IMG/VR virus record: IMGVR_UViG_3300023179_009503
Coordinates: 1 to 64,000 of that record
Source: a virus
Length of the DNA stretch: 64,000 nt
Direction: 5' to 3' (one strand)
In this document: positions 1 through 9,877 of the stretch, piece after piece
How the letters are laid out: each line of letters starts with the position of its first letter
Position numbering within the stretch: the first letter of the stretch is position 1
Notes under the pieces: model-generated
Seen by the model: only the letters and a program-made list of their open reading frames with translations
Database searches by the model: none
Told to the model about the DNA's origin: nothing
Translations under genes and position numbers: made by a program

Positions 1-2
1 CC

Positions 3-551
3 GAGGCAAATGACGCCGCTGCTCTCGGGTTGCCTACAGGTGATACTGGTGAAGATGTCGGCGGAGAAGAAGTTAGCTTTACACTACCTCGTGATCTAGC
101 TGAAAAGCTACACGAAGTACTCGGTGCCGTTCTCGGCGGTGAGGAAGAGGTTGGTGGTGAAGAAGGCGCTGGTGAAGAAGGCGCCGGAGACGAAGTAGCT
201 CCTGAAGAAGCTAACGAAGAAAAGAAAAAGGACGAAAAGAAAGAAGAAAAGAAAGACGAAGAAGAAGACAACGTCGCAAAAGAAGCTACAGAATTAAAAG
301 AACTTCCAGATTCAGCTGGCCAGGCCCTTCAAAAGAAGGACAATAAGGTCGGCGATGTAACAAAGAGCCTAGTTTCACACGGTGAAGGTGATGGCAAGGT
401 TACAGATAAAGTTGGTAATGATGGTGAAAAAGGCCATGCTCTAGTAGGCGCTGGTGTAAAGGGCGGTGCCCCTACATCACCGAAGGGTAAGGCTAATGTA
501 GTAAGCTCAAAGACAAGCAAAGTAGGTGCTTATCTAGCTGGACTAAAATAA
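3..551 (+). CDS. 5'-truncated acidic low-complexity protein, probable internal head/core protein
   Basis: Frame is open from position 3 (EANDAAALGLP...); Glu/Gly-rich, then Lys-rich; followed by a terminator. Confidence 0.6.
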   Translation, partial: EANDAAALGLPTGDTGEDVGGEEVSFTLPRDLAEKLHEVLGAVLGGEEEVGGEEGAGEEGAGDEVAPEEANEEKKKDEKKEEKKDEEEDNVAKEATELKELPDSAGQALQKKDNKVGDVTKSLVSHGEGDGKVTDKVGNDGEKGHALVGAGVKGGAPTSPKGKANVVSSKTSKVGAYLAGLK

Positions 552-576
552 TAGTAGTCAAAACATAGTAAAAATT

Positions 577-608
577 AGGGCCTAAGTCAAATTAGGCCCT
601 TTTTTTTG
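577..608 (+). terminator. Rho-independent terminator
   Basis: AGGGCCTAA-gtcaaa-TTAGGCCCT perfect 9-bp stem followed by a T tract. Confidence 0.9.
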
Positions 609-610
609 CT

Positions 611-616
611 TAAATA
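611..616 (+). promoter_or_regulatory. T4-type late promoter core (TAAATA), 5 nt before ATG
   Basis: TAAATA-TCTAT-ATG; the same spacing recurs before at least 17 genes. Confidence 0.75.
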
Positions 617-621
617 TCTAT

Positions 622-942
622 ATGAATACCTTTAAGGATCATTGGCGTAAATTTAATAAGAAAGGCGATTTCGTTAAAAAGCGCCATGAAGGTTTAGGAG
701 CTACTCTACCTTCACAGTCTAGATTTGTTCCTAAGGCTCATCAAACTATTTTACAAAATCAAAGGGTTTTAAGCTTATTAAGAAAAAAGACCGGTAAGGT
801 TGTTGTTAACAGTGCTGACATTAAAGATATAGAAGATCAATTTAATCTTAAATACTCTAGTACTACTCCTAAAAAACTCGGTAATACAGGAATAAGTCTT
901 AGATTTGATCCGGTATTAGGAAAGGCGATTTTAGAAAAATAA
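622..942 (+). CDS. Basic hypothetical late protein
   Basis: ORF behind TAAATA-N5. Confidence 0.6.
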   Translation: MNTFKDHWRKFNKKGDFVKKRHEGLGATLPSQSRFVPKAHQTILQNQRVLSLLRKKTGKVVVNSADIKDIEDQFNLKYSSTTPKKLGNTGISLRFDPVLGKAILEK

Positions 943-943
943 T

Positions 944-1117
944 ATGGCAGATGTAACGATTTCTGGATTGGCTGAAATTACAGCTACTGGTAACTCTGTA
1001 ATACCAATTTCGCTAAATAATACAACTTATAAAACATCTGTAACTATAATTACCCCTGGTGATGGATATACATACCATACCTTTACTTCAACAGGAAACA
1101 ATACTTTTATAGGATAA
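944..1117 (+). CDS. 57-aa mini fibre/decoration-type protein, not in ORF track
   Basis: Manual translation MADVTISGLAEITATGNSVIPISLNNTTYKTSVTIITPGDGYTYHTFTSTGNNTFIG; N-terminus matches ORF 33236; fills the gap between flanking genes. Confidence 0.7.
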   Translation: MADVTISGLAEITATGNSVIPISLNNTTYKTSVTIITPGDGYTYHTFTSTGNNTFIG

Positions 1118-1119
1118 TT

Positions 1120-1848
1120 ATGTCTACAGAATATTATACAGGTAATCTAGAACAGTCTAAGACATACCCTTTCTTTTTTGTAGATAATACTTGTTTTAGA
1201 TTTACTGATAAAGAGAAAAATGCTGATGAAAGAAATATAATCTCAAATTATTGGAGAGAGCAGATTAATCTTTATGGTCAAAAAGTTGGTTATATAGTTA
1301 ATAATACATCTACTTTAAGTGCAGATATGCTTTACGGAGAGCAGCCTACACAGCAATATTCGCCGCCTCAAGATTTAATTATAGCTATTAATTTAAATGA
1401 AAATGCATTGCTTTTGAGTAAGTTTGGTTTGGTTTCAGATGATGAAGTTACAGCGTTTGTACATATAAGTGCGTTTTATGCCACTTTTGGTCAAGGCGCG
1501 GAACCTAAAGCCGGTGATCTATTTCAATTAACTGAATATGGTAATGATAGACCGGGGGGTAGAAACGGTAACATATATGAAATTACCCAGAGATTAGATC
1601 AAGATATAGCACAAATTAATCCTCTTGCAGGTCATTATGTTTGGTTAATAAAAGCTAAGAGATTCGAATACTCGTTTGAACCTGGCGTAACGCCAGAAGC
1701 GCAAAACGATCAAGTATTTGACGATACAACATCTCCTACTGCTTCTGGTGCACAAAAATCTTACAATTATGATGTAAATGAAGCATCAAAAAATATATTC
1801 GACTACAGCCAGACAAGTTACGGTGATGTGTATGGCGGGTACCAATAA
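1120..1848 (+). CDS. gp14: Neck/head-completion protein, T4 gp14-like
   Basis: INLYGQKVGYI, DMLYGE, LLSKFGL, PKAGDL motifs. Confidence 0.75.
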   Translation: MSTEYYTGNLEQSKTYPFFFVDNTCFRFTDKEKNADERNIISNYWREQINLYGQKVGYIVNNTSTLSADMLYGEQPTQQYSPPQDLIIAINLNENALLLSKFGLVSDDEVTAFVHISAFYATFGQGAEPKAGDLFQLTEYGNDRPGGRNGNIYEITQRLDQDIAQINPLAGHYVWLIKAKRFEYSFEPGVTPEAQNDQVFDDTTSPTASGAQKSYNYDVNEASKNIFDYSQTSYGDVYGGYQ

Positions 1849-2124
1849 TTAGTCGGCGACGTTATCAACTACTGGTACTAATTGAACTTCGTAATTAGGG
1901 AGATTTTCGTTTCTAAATTTTGAAATAAACTGATCTGCTTCTCTACAATTATTAAAGTCTACTACTATTTTTTGACCGCCTCCTAAAAATGTATATACAA
2001 CTTTATTATCTTTTTTAGAAATGTGAATTAAAGTGTAGGCTTGTTGAGGAACAAACCGCTTGTCCCTAATTAAAGCCTTGGGATTAGGTGTTACTCTAAA
2101 ACTGGTTCCGACAATGTAGTGCAT
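1849..2124 (-). CDS. Hypothetical protein
   Basis: ORF in a chain of overlapping minus-strand genes. Confidence 0.55.
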   Translation of the reverse strand: MHYIVGTSFRVTPNPKALIRDKRFVPQQAYTLIHISKKDNKVVYTFLGGGQKIVVDFNNCREADQFISKFRNENLPNYEVQLVPVVDNVAD

Positions 2125-2399
2125 GGTAATTTTTTAATATTTATCTTAATACCCTCGTTCATCGACACCTCATCAATCATTGATTCAAAGCGCTCGGCAA
2201 CATATTTTTGAAATGATAAAGGCTTTATCCAATCTACATCTTTTCCGTTTAGGTCGACCTTAAACTTATCAGCACCCCTAGAGACAATATCTAAAGCTTC
2301 AATCAAGCATAACCACCGAGCATATTCTTCGGCTTTAAGCTTATGCGTTGCTTTACTTGTCTGTACTGTTATAAATTTTTTTGAGAAGGCTGATTGCAT
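2091..2399 (-). CDS. Hypothetical protein
   Basis: ORF; ATG at 2399 preferred over TTG at 2405. Confidence 0.55.
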   Translation of the reverse strand: MQSAFSKKFITVQTSKATHKLKAEEYARWLCLIEALDIVSRGADKFKVDLNGKDVDWIKPLSFQKYVAERFESMIDEVSMNEGIKINIKKLPCTTLSEPVLE

Positions 2400-2826
2400 A
2401 TCCAACTATTATGAGGGTAAAGCACTTAACGTCAAGTAAATTCTTTTGTTTATTTAAAATATTTAAAATGTTATAAAACGCGTCAAAGTTATTAGCTATA
2501 CTATCCATGGCCGTTTTAAGCTGTGAAGCAATAAAATGTTTATTCTCTACATCAATATCACTATCATTAACCGATCTTACCAGACTCTCATTTACAAGGC
2601 TTAAAAAATTTTTAACCACATGTTTATCATGAACTGTGTCTTTCTTAAAGTATGCTAATCCTAGCTCAAAGCTTGCAAGCTCTTTAGCAGTAAGAGATCT
2701 TTTGAAGACTAATGCTATATCATCTAAAGGTATTTCTGGTGCTTTACTAACAGATAAAAATGAATCGGAAGCCTTTTCTGTGGTGAGATTTTTAATACTA
2801 TTTGGTATCTGTGGCTCGGGGTGCAT
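2353..2826 (-). CDS. Hypothetical protein
   Basis: 157-aa ORF overlapping its neighbours. Confidence 0.55.
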   Translation of the reverse strand: MHPEPQIPNSIKNLTTEKASDSFLSVSKAPEIPLDDIALVFKRSLTAKELASFELGLAYFKKDTVHDKHVVKNFLSLVNESLVRSVNDSDIDVENKHFIASQLKTAMDSIANNFDAFYNILNILNKQKNLLDVKCFTLIIVGYAISLLKKIYNSTDK

Positions 2827-3247
2827 TTAATATTCCTTTAGCTAGTATTTTATTTACAGCTTCTAAGCTTGAATCCTGGGGTTCAGTAACAACAGCTGTC
2901 TCTGGTGTAATCACCACGCCAATTGTCTTCTTACATTCGCTACATTTGTAGTAATTAGTTGTATTAAGTTTAATAGGAACAAATTCTTTAACTTGCTTAA
3001 AGCAAGGGCATACTACTTCAAGACCTTGATATGTTAGGGCGCTTATCCTTTCGTTTTCTAACTGCTTATTTTTTAATGCAACGATAGCTGTTAAAATATT
3101 TTTAAAAGCATAATACCCTAAAAATTGAATTGCAATACCAAATAACCCTCCTGCAATATAGCTTACACCCCAGTGGGATAATACAACACTGATTAATATA
3201 GAGCCAACTATTAGAGGTATTAGCTGTGATAGTACCGTCTTTACCAT
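2798..3247 (-). CDS. Membrane protein with two N-terminal TM helices and a CxC/CxxC zinc ribbon
   Basis: Hydrophobic N-terminus; CPC...CSEC; TATAAT-N6-ATG at 3247. Confidence 0.6.
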   Translation of the reverse strand: MVKTVLSQLIPLIVGSILISVVLSHWGVSYIAGGLFGIAIQFLGYYAFKNILTAIVALKNKQLENERISALTYQGLEVVCPCFKQVKEFVPIKLNTTNYYKCSECKKTIGVVITPETAVVTEPQDSSLEAVNKILAKGILNAPRATDTK

Positions 3248-3261
3248 CAATATATTATAAC

Positions 3262-3648
3262 TTATTTCTCTTTTTTTGCAACCGGTTTGTTTGCCTGAAT
3301 AACTATTCCTTTTATAATATCTATAATGGCGTCTAATTTACCTACTATTTCTTTTACAGCTTCTTTTGCAGTATTATTTCTTGCAATAACAGGATTAGCT
3401 AACGAATGTTTGAACATTTCCTTTACATTACAAGCATTAATATAAAGATCCCCTATTTGCTGGGTAACATTTTGTAATGGAAAAGGCATTACAGGCTCTG
3501 CTTTAGCATCGTTAGGATTCTGATCTATGTAAGGGTTCGAAAATAAGTCTTTTAAGCTAACTCTTTGTGATGCAAGCTCTCTAGAAGCGATGCCAGATAC
3601 CCATTTATTGTAATTTAAAATATCTTCAAAAACTAACTTTTTTCTCAC
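3262..3648 (-). CDS. Hypothetical late protein
   Basis: TAAATA-ATTTT-GTG on the minus strand. Confidence 0.6.
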   Translation of the reverse strand: MRKKLVFEDILNYNKWVSGIASRELASQRVSLKDLFSNPYIDQNPNDAKAEPVMPFPLQNVTQQIGDLYINACNVKEMFKHSLANPVIARNNTAKEAVKEIVGKLDAIIDIIKGIVIQANKPVAKKEK

Positions 3649-3678
3649 AAAATTATTTATTCAATAATAAATATTAAT
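3649..3678. promoter_or_regulatory. Back-to-back late promoters
   Basis: TAAATA on minus (3654-3659) and plus (3668-3673), each 5 nt from a start codon. Confidence 0.7.
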
Positions 3679-4083
3679 ATGAGTTATTTTGCTGACAGAT
3701 TCACTGCATTATTAGAAGCCGATCAAAATGAAGCACCGGTTGCTACACCTGAAACTGATAAAGACGCTATGGCAGCTTCACTTGATACTGCAAAGCCTGA
3801 AGACTTCGACGTTCAGGGTGGTCGCGAGCAAGTCCAAGACCATAGAAAAAATGAGCAGATTTCTAAGTTAAAAAATTGGATATCACAGATCGATCAATTT
3901 ATTGGCTTTTTAAATAGTACTGATGCATCTAGCATGCAGGTTCAATTGCATACAGCTGCTTGTGATTCTATTTTCGAAGATATAGCTAGAAGCGAAAAGA
4001 AAAAGATTGCTAGATTGGCCGCTGAACTAAGCTCATTGAGTGAATCGTTAAAAGGTTATTTAATTTCTGCTAACGACAGATAA
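3679..4083 (+). CDS. Hypothetical late protein, candidate internal head protein
   Basis: N-terminus MSYFADRFTALLE-A resembles a gp21-cleaved leader. Confidence 0.6.
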   Translation: MSYFADRFTALLEADQNEAPVATPETDKDAMAASLDTAKPEDFDVQGGREQVQDHRKNEQISKLKNWISQIDQFIGFLNSTDASSMQVQLHTAACDSIFEDIARSEKKKIARLAAELSSLSESLKGYLISANDR

Positions 4084-5104
4084 CAGACATTAATAACTTA
4101 GCTTTCATATCTGAATGTGAATTTTCAATAAAGAACTCAGGTTCAATATAGCTTTTATTTCTAGATATACACAAATCGTTTATATCTTTAAATTTTCTAC
4201 CAATATCTTCAGGCCAGATAAAAACTGTCTCGCCATTTTCAATTAGTTTATTAGTTTTGTTTCTACTAGCATTATCTGACCATTGACTATCTAATACCCA
4301 TATTTTATTAAAAAGTTTAAATGGTAAGAGTTGTTTTTCTTGTAGAGTAGAGAACGTATTAGCACTATTCTCCTGAATACCGGCGACAGCTGTACCGTTC
4401 TTTACAAAGAACGAATCAATAGGCCCTTCAAAAATAAAAATATAATCCAAGCTATTATCTATTTTATTAATATTATAAAGTGATTTTTCTCCATTTACTT
4501 TACTCAAATACTTTGGATAAAACTTTTCATCTTGCTTATAGATTAATCTTGTTTGATAAAAAATTATATTATTATTTTCATCGTAAAACGGTATTACAAT
4601 TCTATTTTTATGTACTTTATCTTTTAAGGTAACCCAGAGTGTATCGGGCTTGTTAATAGCTGTATCGAGTTTTCTCGACTTAACAATATCTAATGCATCG
4701 TTAACTATTTTATTATCTTTATAAAACTCTATTTGATTGCTATCAAATAAATTAATACAATCTGCAGGAAGAGTACTTAAGGGTTTCTGCTTTATCTGTT
4801 TATTAGATTCTGATAAAGTATCTAATGGTAATATATCAAAATTTTTTGATTCATTTAAAACTTCGCCAAAGTTCATACCGGACACTTCACAAATCCATTT
4901 AACAGCATCGCTATACCACCCGCAATTGTGACAGCACACTACATTATCTTCTACTATATAAATGCATCTTCTTTTCTTACCCCATGACTTGCCTTCCCTA
5001 CAAATAGGACACCCGGCAACATATGTATTACTGACTTTCTTAAATTGAGGGTAGCCAGCATACTGATAAAATTTTTGCAGTATATATTCGGACGGTATTA
5101 GCAC
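4070..5104 (-). CDS. gp61: DNA primase, T4 gp61-like
   Basis: CPIC...CHNC zinc finger; TOPRIM FEGPIDS; KDIND. Confidence 0.92.
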   Translation of the reverse strand: MLIPSEYILQKFYQYAGYPQFKKVSNTYVAGCPICREGKSWGKKRRCIYIVEDNVVCCHNCGWYSDAVKWICEVSGMNFGEVLNESKNFDILPLDTLSESNKQIKQKPLSTLPADCINLFDSNQIEFYKDNKIVNDALDIVKSRKLDTAINKPDTLWVTLKDKVHKNRIVIPFYDENNNIIFYQTRLIYKQDEKFYPKYLSKVNGEKSLYNINKIDNSLDYIFIFEGPIDSFFVKNGTAVAGIQENSANTFSTLQEKQLLPFKLFNKIWVLDSQWSDNASRNKTNKLIENGETVFIWPEDIGRKFKDINDLCISRNKSYIEPEFFIENSHSDMKAKLLMSVICR

Positions 5105-5140
5105 AATTTAATTATAAAGCAAAGTTATTAAGTTACAAGA

Positions 5141-5332
5141 TTAATCTTTTTTGTCTTTGCTCTTTAAGTCTCTAACAGAAACGATACCTTTTCTAATAAA
5201 GGCGCCACTAGCTGGATCAATATATTCTGCTTCAACAATCTCTTTACCTTCACGAATATATGTTTTTAGTACAGGGCGAACTGTCTGACCGCTAATCGGT
5301 GAAACTATTGGCTTAGGTGTAATGAAGTCCAT
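5141..5332 (-). CDS. Small hypothetical late protein
   Basis: TAAATA-GTATT-ATG. Confidence 0.6.
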   Translation of the reverse strand: MDFITPKPIVSPISGQTVRPVLKTYIREGKEIVEAEYIDPASGAFIRKGIVSVRDLKSKDKKD

Positions 5333-5336
5333 AATA

Positions 5337-5630
5337 CTATTTATCTGAAGTTACCGGTAAAGCACGTGTTTTATTCTTCTTATATTGTGCTTGACATACC
5401 TTATAAACAAAACTAGGTACTTTCTTTACTATGTCTATAATGTTTTGTTTCAACCCAAACTCAAATTTATCTACTGGTACTTCCCTAACATGCATATCTG
5501 GTAAAGACAAAAAGAAAAATGTGTTGTCTATTTTTTCCATAAAAACAAACAATTCACCAAGATATTTACCACCAGTAATTGCATAGACTATCTTCTTTTT
5601 AGGGTGTTTATTTAATAAGTTTAGGAGCAT
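5337..5630 (-). CDS. Hypothetical protein
   Basis: ORF overlapping the upstream gene end. Confidence 0.55.
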   Translation of the reverse strand: MLLNLLNKHPKKKIVYAITGGKYLGELFVFMEKIDNTFFFLSLPDMHVREVPVDKFEFGLKQNIIDIVKKVPSFVYKVCQAQYKKNKTRALPVTSDK

Positions 5631-6463
5631 AGAGACTTTATACTCCTTTCTATAGACTCATGCGTATCTGGTAAACATAGACCTATACTTTTAATTTTAT
5701 CAGTATTTAAAACGCAATTAGATCTATTAGCAATAACATTTAAATCTTTAACTTCAATAAACTTCCAATTTGCATTTATCAAATTATACTTCTGCAAAAT
5801 ATTAACTATTTCTTTTGATTCAATAGGCTGTGGATTGACTACGTTGTATATACCAGGTCTAAAATCATTAACAAACTTTGAAATAAACACACAAAGATCA
5901 TCTATACTTGTTACACTGTTAGGCATACTAATTAAATTATCATACTTTAAAATTTTTATAAGATAATTTTTATCTTCATGTACCCCGGTATATGGCATCC
6001 TTATTCTTAAAACGGCTGATAATTTAGTATTAATAATTGTTTCTAATGCATGTTTGCTCTTTGAATAAAAACTAGATTCAGGATTATATAATCCAAAATT
6101 TGGCGTATCTAGCTCTGTGAATTCTTTTTCGTATCCTGTATAAATACAGCCGCTTGAAATATGTATACACTTTTTTCCAAAGCAATAAGAAAGCCGATCG
6201 ATCATTTCAGCAACTGTTACATTATACTTCCAGCATTCATCTTTATTAGACTCACAGCCGTCTACGTTAGGCTTCCCGGTATATCCACAACAATTAATAA
6301 CATGAGTAAAATTATAATCTCTTAAAAGTGTACTGAAAGTATAATGCGAGGTATAATCTATTTCATTTTGTGCGATATGAAATATATCGGCGCCTTGCTC
6401 AGTTAAAAAAGCGCCTAATTTTTTGCCTACGAACCCTTTGCCAAGTAAAAGTACTTTTACCAC
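5621..6463 (-). CDS. NDP-4-keto-6-deoxysugar 3,5-epimerase/4-reductase (RmlD / NRS-ER-like SDR)
   Basis: LLGKGFVG Rossmann loop; GYTGKPNVDGCE; SSGCIY; YSKSK (YxxxK); LRIRMP. Confidence 0.85.
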   Translation of the reverse strand: MVKVLLLGKGFVGKKLGAFLTEQGADIFHIAQNEIDYTSHYTFSTLLRDYNFTHVINCCGYTGKPNVDGCESNKDECWKYNVTVAEMIDRLSYCFGKKCIHISSGCIYTGYEKEFTELDTPNFGLYNPESSFYSKSKHALETIINTKLSAVLRIRMPYTGVHEDKNYLIKILKYDNLISMPNSVTSIDDLCVFISKFVNDFRPGIYNVVNPQPIESKEIVNILQKYNLINANWKFIEVKDLNVIANRSNCVLNTDKIKSIGLCLPDTHESIERSIKSLCS

Positions 6464-6486
6464 AAAGTATTATAATTAGTAGCTAA

Positions 6487-6813
6487 TTAATCTCCAGAGT
6501 CTTTAGTAGAATTAAATATAAATTTATTCAATAGCGCACCCAGAGAATCGGCTTCCTGCTGGTTGTGGGCAGAAATCATTGAAATGGGTTCACCGTTAAA
6601 GTTATATCCAATTAAAATAAAGCTATTAAGAAACTCTAAAATTTGAGCGTTTAAAGCGTCTAAGTCTTTTTTATTAGAATTTTTTTCACTAATTTGATCT
6701 TTAAGAAAAGACAAAAGAGCTCTGTGCGTTAGCTCTTTAACTTCCTTATTCTCATTAGGATTAAATGCTTTATTTTGACTATCACCTTTGGATGAATTTT
6801 TATTTTTCATCAT
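6487..6813 (-). CDS. Hypothetical protein
   Basis: ORF with TAAATA just upstream. Confidence 0.55.
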   Translation of the reverse strand: MMKNKNSSKGDSQNKAFNPNENKEVKELTHRALLSFLKDQISEKNSNKKDLDALNAQILEFLNSFILIGYNFNGEPISMISAHNQQEADSLGALLNKFIFNSTKDSGD

Positions 6814-7162
6814 AAGTATTTAGTCTTTTTGACAAATATCTATCACGACCTGGGTAATGTTTATTATTAGAAACCCCGTGTCTAACTAGATAGTCTATAA
6901 TTACTTCGATTGAATCTGTTTTAATAGAAAAATTTCTTGGTATAAGTCTATCGCCGTCATTAAGCTCAAACAACACCTCATCAATATTATTCTTGTTTAT
7001 GTAGCAGGTAATAAAAACAGAAGCCTCTGTAGGATTGACAATAACTACCCACTGTCTGGGATCATGCTTTGCAAACACGTTAAATAACTTAATTGCAATA
7101 AATCCGTTATCACGCAAACGCTTAACAAAATAACTTGGTGTTTTAATTTTATTTTTGCTCAT
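6800..7162 (-). CDS. Hypothetical protein
   Basis: ORF directly after the clamp gene. Confidence 0.55.
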   Translation of the reverse strand: MSKNKIKTPSYFVKRLRDNGFIAIKLFNVFAKHDPRQWVVIVNPTEASVFITCYINKNNIDEVLFELNDGDRLIPRNFSIKTDSIEVIIDYLVRHGVSNNKHYPGRDRYLSKRLNTYDEK

Positions 7163-7163
7163 A

Positions 7164-7895
7164 TTAATTAGCTAGTGCGGATATTACAAATTTAAACTTA
7201 GAATTATCGAGATTAAGGTCAAATGTTATAACGCCCATCTTAGTGATTAAATTAGCTTGAAGCTCTTTAAATCTCATAGAAGAAATTATTCTAAATATCT
7301 CAAAATTCAAGGGTATAGCTATAGCAAACTGAGTACCGTCATAGTCGTTAGAAATATTAATACCGTATGAATCTATATTTGCTCTCGTCTTATCTGTTAG
7401 TTCTCCAAATATCTGCTTGTCTTTAACAGATATGTAAATCTTATTAGTTTCCGTGCTTACAGAACTGCCTTTAATAAGATTGATAACTGAGCTGTAAGGC
7501 AGTGTGAATTTACCATCGAACGCCAGTGAATTAAGCTTATCAATACTGAGTTTAGGTGACGGTATTATACCATCATCATACAAATGATATTTAAACCTTA
7601 CATTATTAGAGTTATATCCAAGAAAATTAGAAGATATATCTAAAGAAAACGTAGTATCTTCAATACAAGAAATAATACGACATAACTTTTTAAGATCTGG
7701 AATGTTTAAGGTTTTAGTAGCATTAATACTGTCATCATCATATTCTGCATTAACTATAATTGTATTGTCGCTAGTAGAAATAAGTGATTTAATTTTACTA
7801 GGCGAGACTTTTAATACCGCACTATCTGTTATTTTACTTAAAGGTACTACAAAATTGTTAAGAAAATTATCTCTATCTTTTATATTTAAATTCAC
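7164..7895 (-). CDS. gp45: Sliding clamp, gp45/PCNA-like
   Basis: 243 aa two-domain beta-rich pattern (LNIPDLKKL, RFKYHL); position in replication cluster. Confidence 0.7.
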   Translation of the reverse strand: MNLNIKDRDNFLNNFVVPLSKITDSAVLKVSPSKIKSLISTSDNTIIVNAEYDDDSINATKTLNIPDLKKLCRIISCIEDTTFSLDISSNFLGYNSNNVRFKYHLYDDGIIPSPKLSIDKLNSLAFDGKFTLPYSSVINLIKGSSVSTETNKIYISVKDKQIFGELTDKTRANIDSYGINISNDYDGTQFAIAIPLNFEIFRIISSMRFKELQANLITKMGVITFDLNLDNSKFKFVISALAN

Positions 7896-7925
7896 ACATT
7901 TATAATAAGATAAAAAGTAAAATTA

Positions 7926-8336
7926 TCAATCTTTTTTTAGAATGTTTATAATTTTATCTAGCTTAGAATTTACAGCATCTATCTTTTCTAAAAACGAATT
8001 TGCAAATCCAGAATTACTAAAATTAAATTCAAGCTGATTAGGATCTACTTGTACTACCTGTTGCTGAACAACTTGAGGCTGTTGAACAGGAACTTGCTGT
8101 ACTTGCTGTTGTGTATTAATACCAGCATTAACAGAAGTAGCGTAAGGTTGCTGATACTTAGCAGAAACTGTTTGCAATACTTTTACGGGGTCTATATTTA
8201 GATTCTTAAGTGTAGAGCTTTCACTAATAATATTCTTATTAAGCTCTTTCATCTCCCCGGTGAGATGCTGGCCCATAAACTGAATAGTTGCCAACTTAAT
8301 CTCTTCCGGAGAAAGCTCTCTAAATAAGTCGTCCAT
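7926..8336 (-). CDS. Hypothetical protein with Gln/Val-rich linker
   Basis: QQQVQQVPVQQPQVVQQQ tract. Confidence 0.55.
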   Translation of the reverse strand: MDDLFRELSPEEIKLATIQFMGQHLTGEMKELNKNIISESSTLKNLNIDPVKVLQTVSAKYQQPYATSVNAGINTQQQVQQVPVQQPQVVQQQVVQVDPNQLEFNFSNSGFANSFLEKIDAVNSKLDKIINILKKD

Positions 8337-9190
8337 TATAGATCTTTAAGCAATTCGTTAATACTTTCGTCATCAGAGCTGGTCTCTTTTGCTTCTGACT
8401 TCTTATTTACTGTAACGCTTACTGAGGGCTTAGGAGCCTTAGTAGGCTCCGGAGCAGTAACAACTTCTTCTTCTACATCCTTTGTACCGTAATAATGCGT
8501 ATCAAGTAGACCTTTTAGTTCTTCATACCCCTTTACACTAACATAAGACTCTAAATCAAACGCACTGTTATAGATCTTCTTATAAGAATCCTCATCAAGC
8601 CCTTCAATCTCCTTAGGAGTGGAGAACTTAGAAGAAACATAAGTAGGATAATCGCCCTGCTTCTCAACTTTAATTCTCAAATTACATCCCTTTGGGGAAA
8701 GATCGAATATACGAGGGCCAAGATCTTCTGCCTCTTCACCTTCGATAGCGCCCATAATAATCTTATGAAGCTGACGACCAAAACGAAGTAACTTCACCTT
8801 ACCGTTATTGTCCGCATTAACAGGATCATTAATAACATATACACTAACGAGCCAATTTTCACGACGCTTAATAGCAAGAGCCTTTTCCTTCTCCTTTTCT
8901 GTGCCAGTGCGAAGAATCTTATATCTCTCTTCTGCAATAGGATCACGTTGATTCCAAGTTGTCGGGCTTACTGCGGTAATTAATTCACCAGTTGCAAAAC
9001 TATTCCAGCCGTAAGAATAATAATGAAAAAATGTCTTACTAGGATCCTTTACATTAGGAAGTAATCGAACAGTGTATGTATTGCCTACTTCACAGCGTAG
9101 GTAATCCTTAATCTTTGAAGCTGTGGATTCGTTATTTTTGGTCAAAGCGCCTTTAATACTCTCAAACATCGATGTGGTAAATGTACTCAT
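8336..9190 (-). CDS. gp32: Single-stranded DNA-binding protein, gp32-like
   Basis: VRLLP, YVINDP..NNGKVK, FDL..GCNLRIKV, Y.SSKF, acidic C-terminal tail. Confidence 0.9.
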   Translation of the reverse strand: MSTFTTSMFESIKGALTKNNESTASKIKDYLRCEVGNTYTVRLLPNVKDPSKTFFHYYSYGWNSFATGELITAVSPTTWNQRDPIAEERYKILRTGTEKEKEKALAIKRRENWLVSVYVINDPVNADNNGKVKLLRFGRQLHKIIMGAIEGEEAEDLGPRIFDLSPKGCNLRIKVEKQGDYPTYVSSKFSTPKEIEGLDEDSYKKIYNSAFDLESYVSVKGYEELKGLLDTHYYGTKDVEEEVVTAPEPTKAPKPSVSVTVNKKSEAKETSSDDESINELLKDL

Positions 9191-9220
9191 AAAATAATAA
9201 TAAATGATATTAGGTTTAAA

Positions 9221-9877
9221 TCAAGCATTTTCTGTAATTTTTTTTAAGCCTAGCTCAACTAATTTGCTAGCTTTCTTAGAATTATATAATCTAGTCCTAA
9301 AGACTTGGACATTATTATAGATGTCTTCACCGATAATAAATTTTACTATTTCGGCATTACATCCTTTTAATGTTTTTTCAAAGCTATTAAATCCTAGCAA
9401 CGTATATACATTAACGTTATGCTCTTTAAGATGTATGATAAAACTATGCTCATTGTTAGTTTTGTGAGATATATAATTTCTAACGTCTAAGTTGTTTTTT
9501 CTACAAAAACTATTTATAAAGACTAGCGACTCTTTAATACTCTTAAGTTGTTCATCGCTATCCGGATCCATGTTAATTTGTTTTTTGTTAAACAAAGTAT
9601 ATGATTTTATAGCTTTTAAAGAATAATAATAATCAATTGAAAAATATTTTTCGTCGGGGTATAAAGTGTACGGGGCTTTAAAAAAGTCTTCAACCTTAAT
9701 GTGTGGGTATTTCTTAAAAAAACTTGAAAGCTTTTTTAATGCAATAAAAAGCTTATCATCTATTTTTTCGAAATTTTTACGAAGCTTATACGGTAAGTCA
9801 CTATTTGATCTGGTAACTTTTAAATATGAATTATAAATGTGCTTTTCAAACTCGGTAATCAATTGTAATACTTCCAC
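9221..9877 (-). CDS. Probable helicase loader, gp59-like
   Basis: 218-aa basic/aromatic protein immediately upstream of gp32, as in T4. Confidence 0.5.
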   Translation of the reverse strand: MEVLQLITEFEKHIYNSYLKVTRSNSDLPYKLRKNFEKIDDKLFIALKKLSSFFKKYPHIKVEDFFKAPYTLYPDEKYFSIDYYYSLKAIKSYTLFNKKQINMDPDSDEQLKSIKESLVFINSFCRKNNLDVRNYISHKTNNEHSFIIHLKEHNVNVYTLLGFNSFEKTLKGCNAEIVKFIIGEDIYNNVQVFRTRLYNSKKASKLVELGLKKITENA

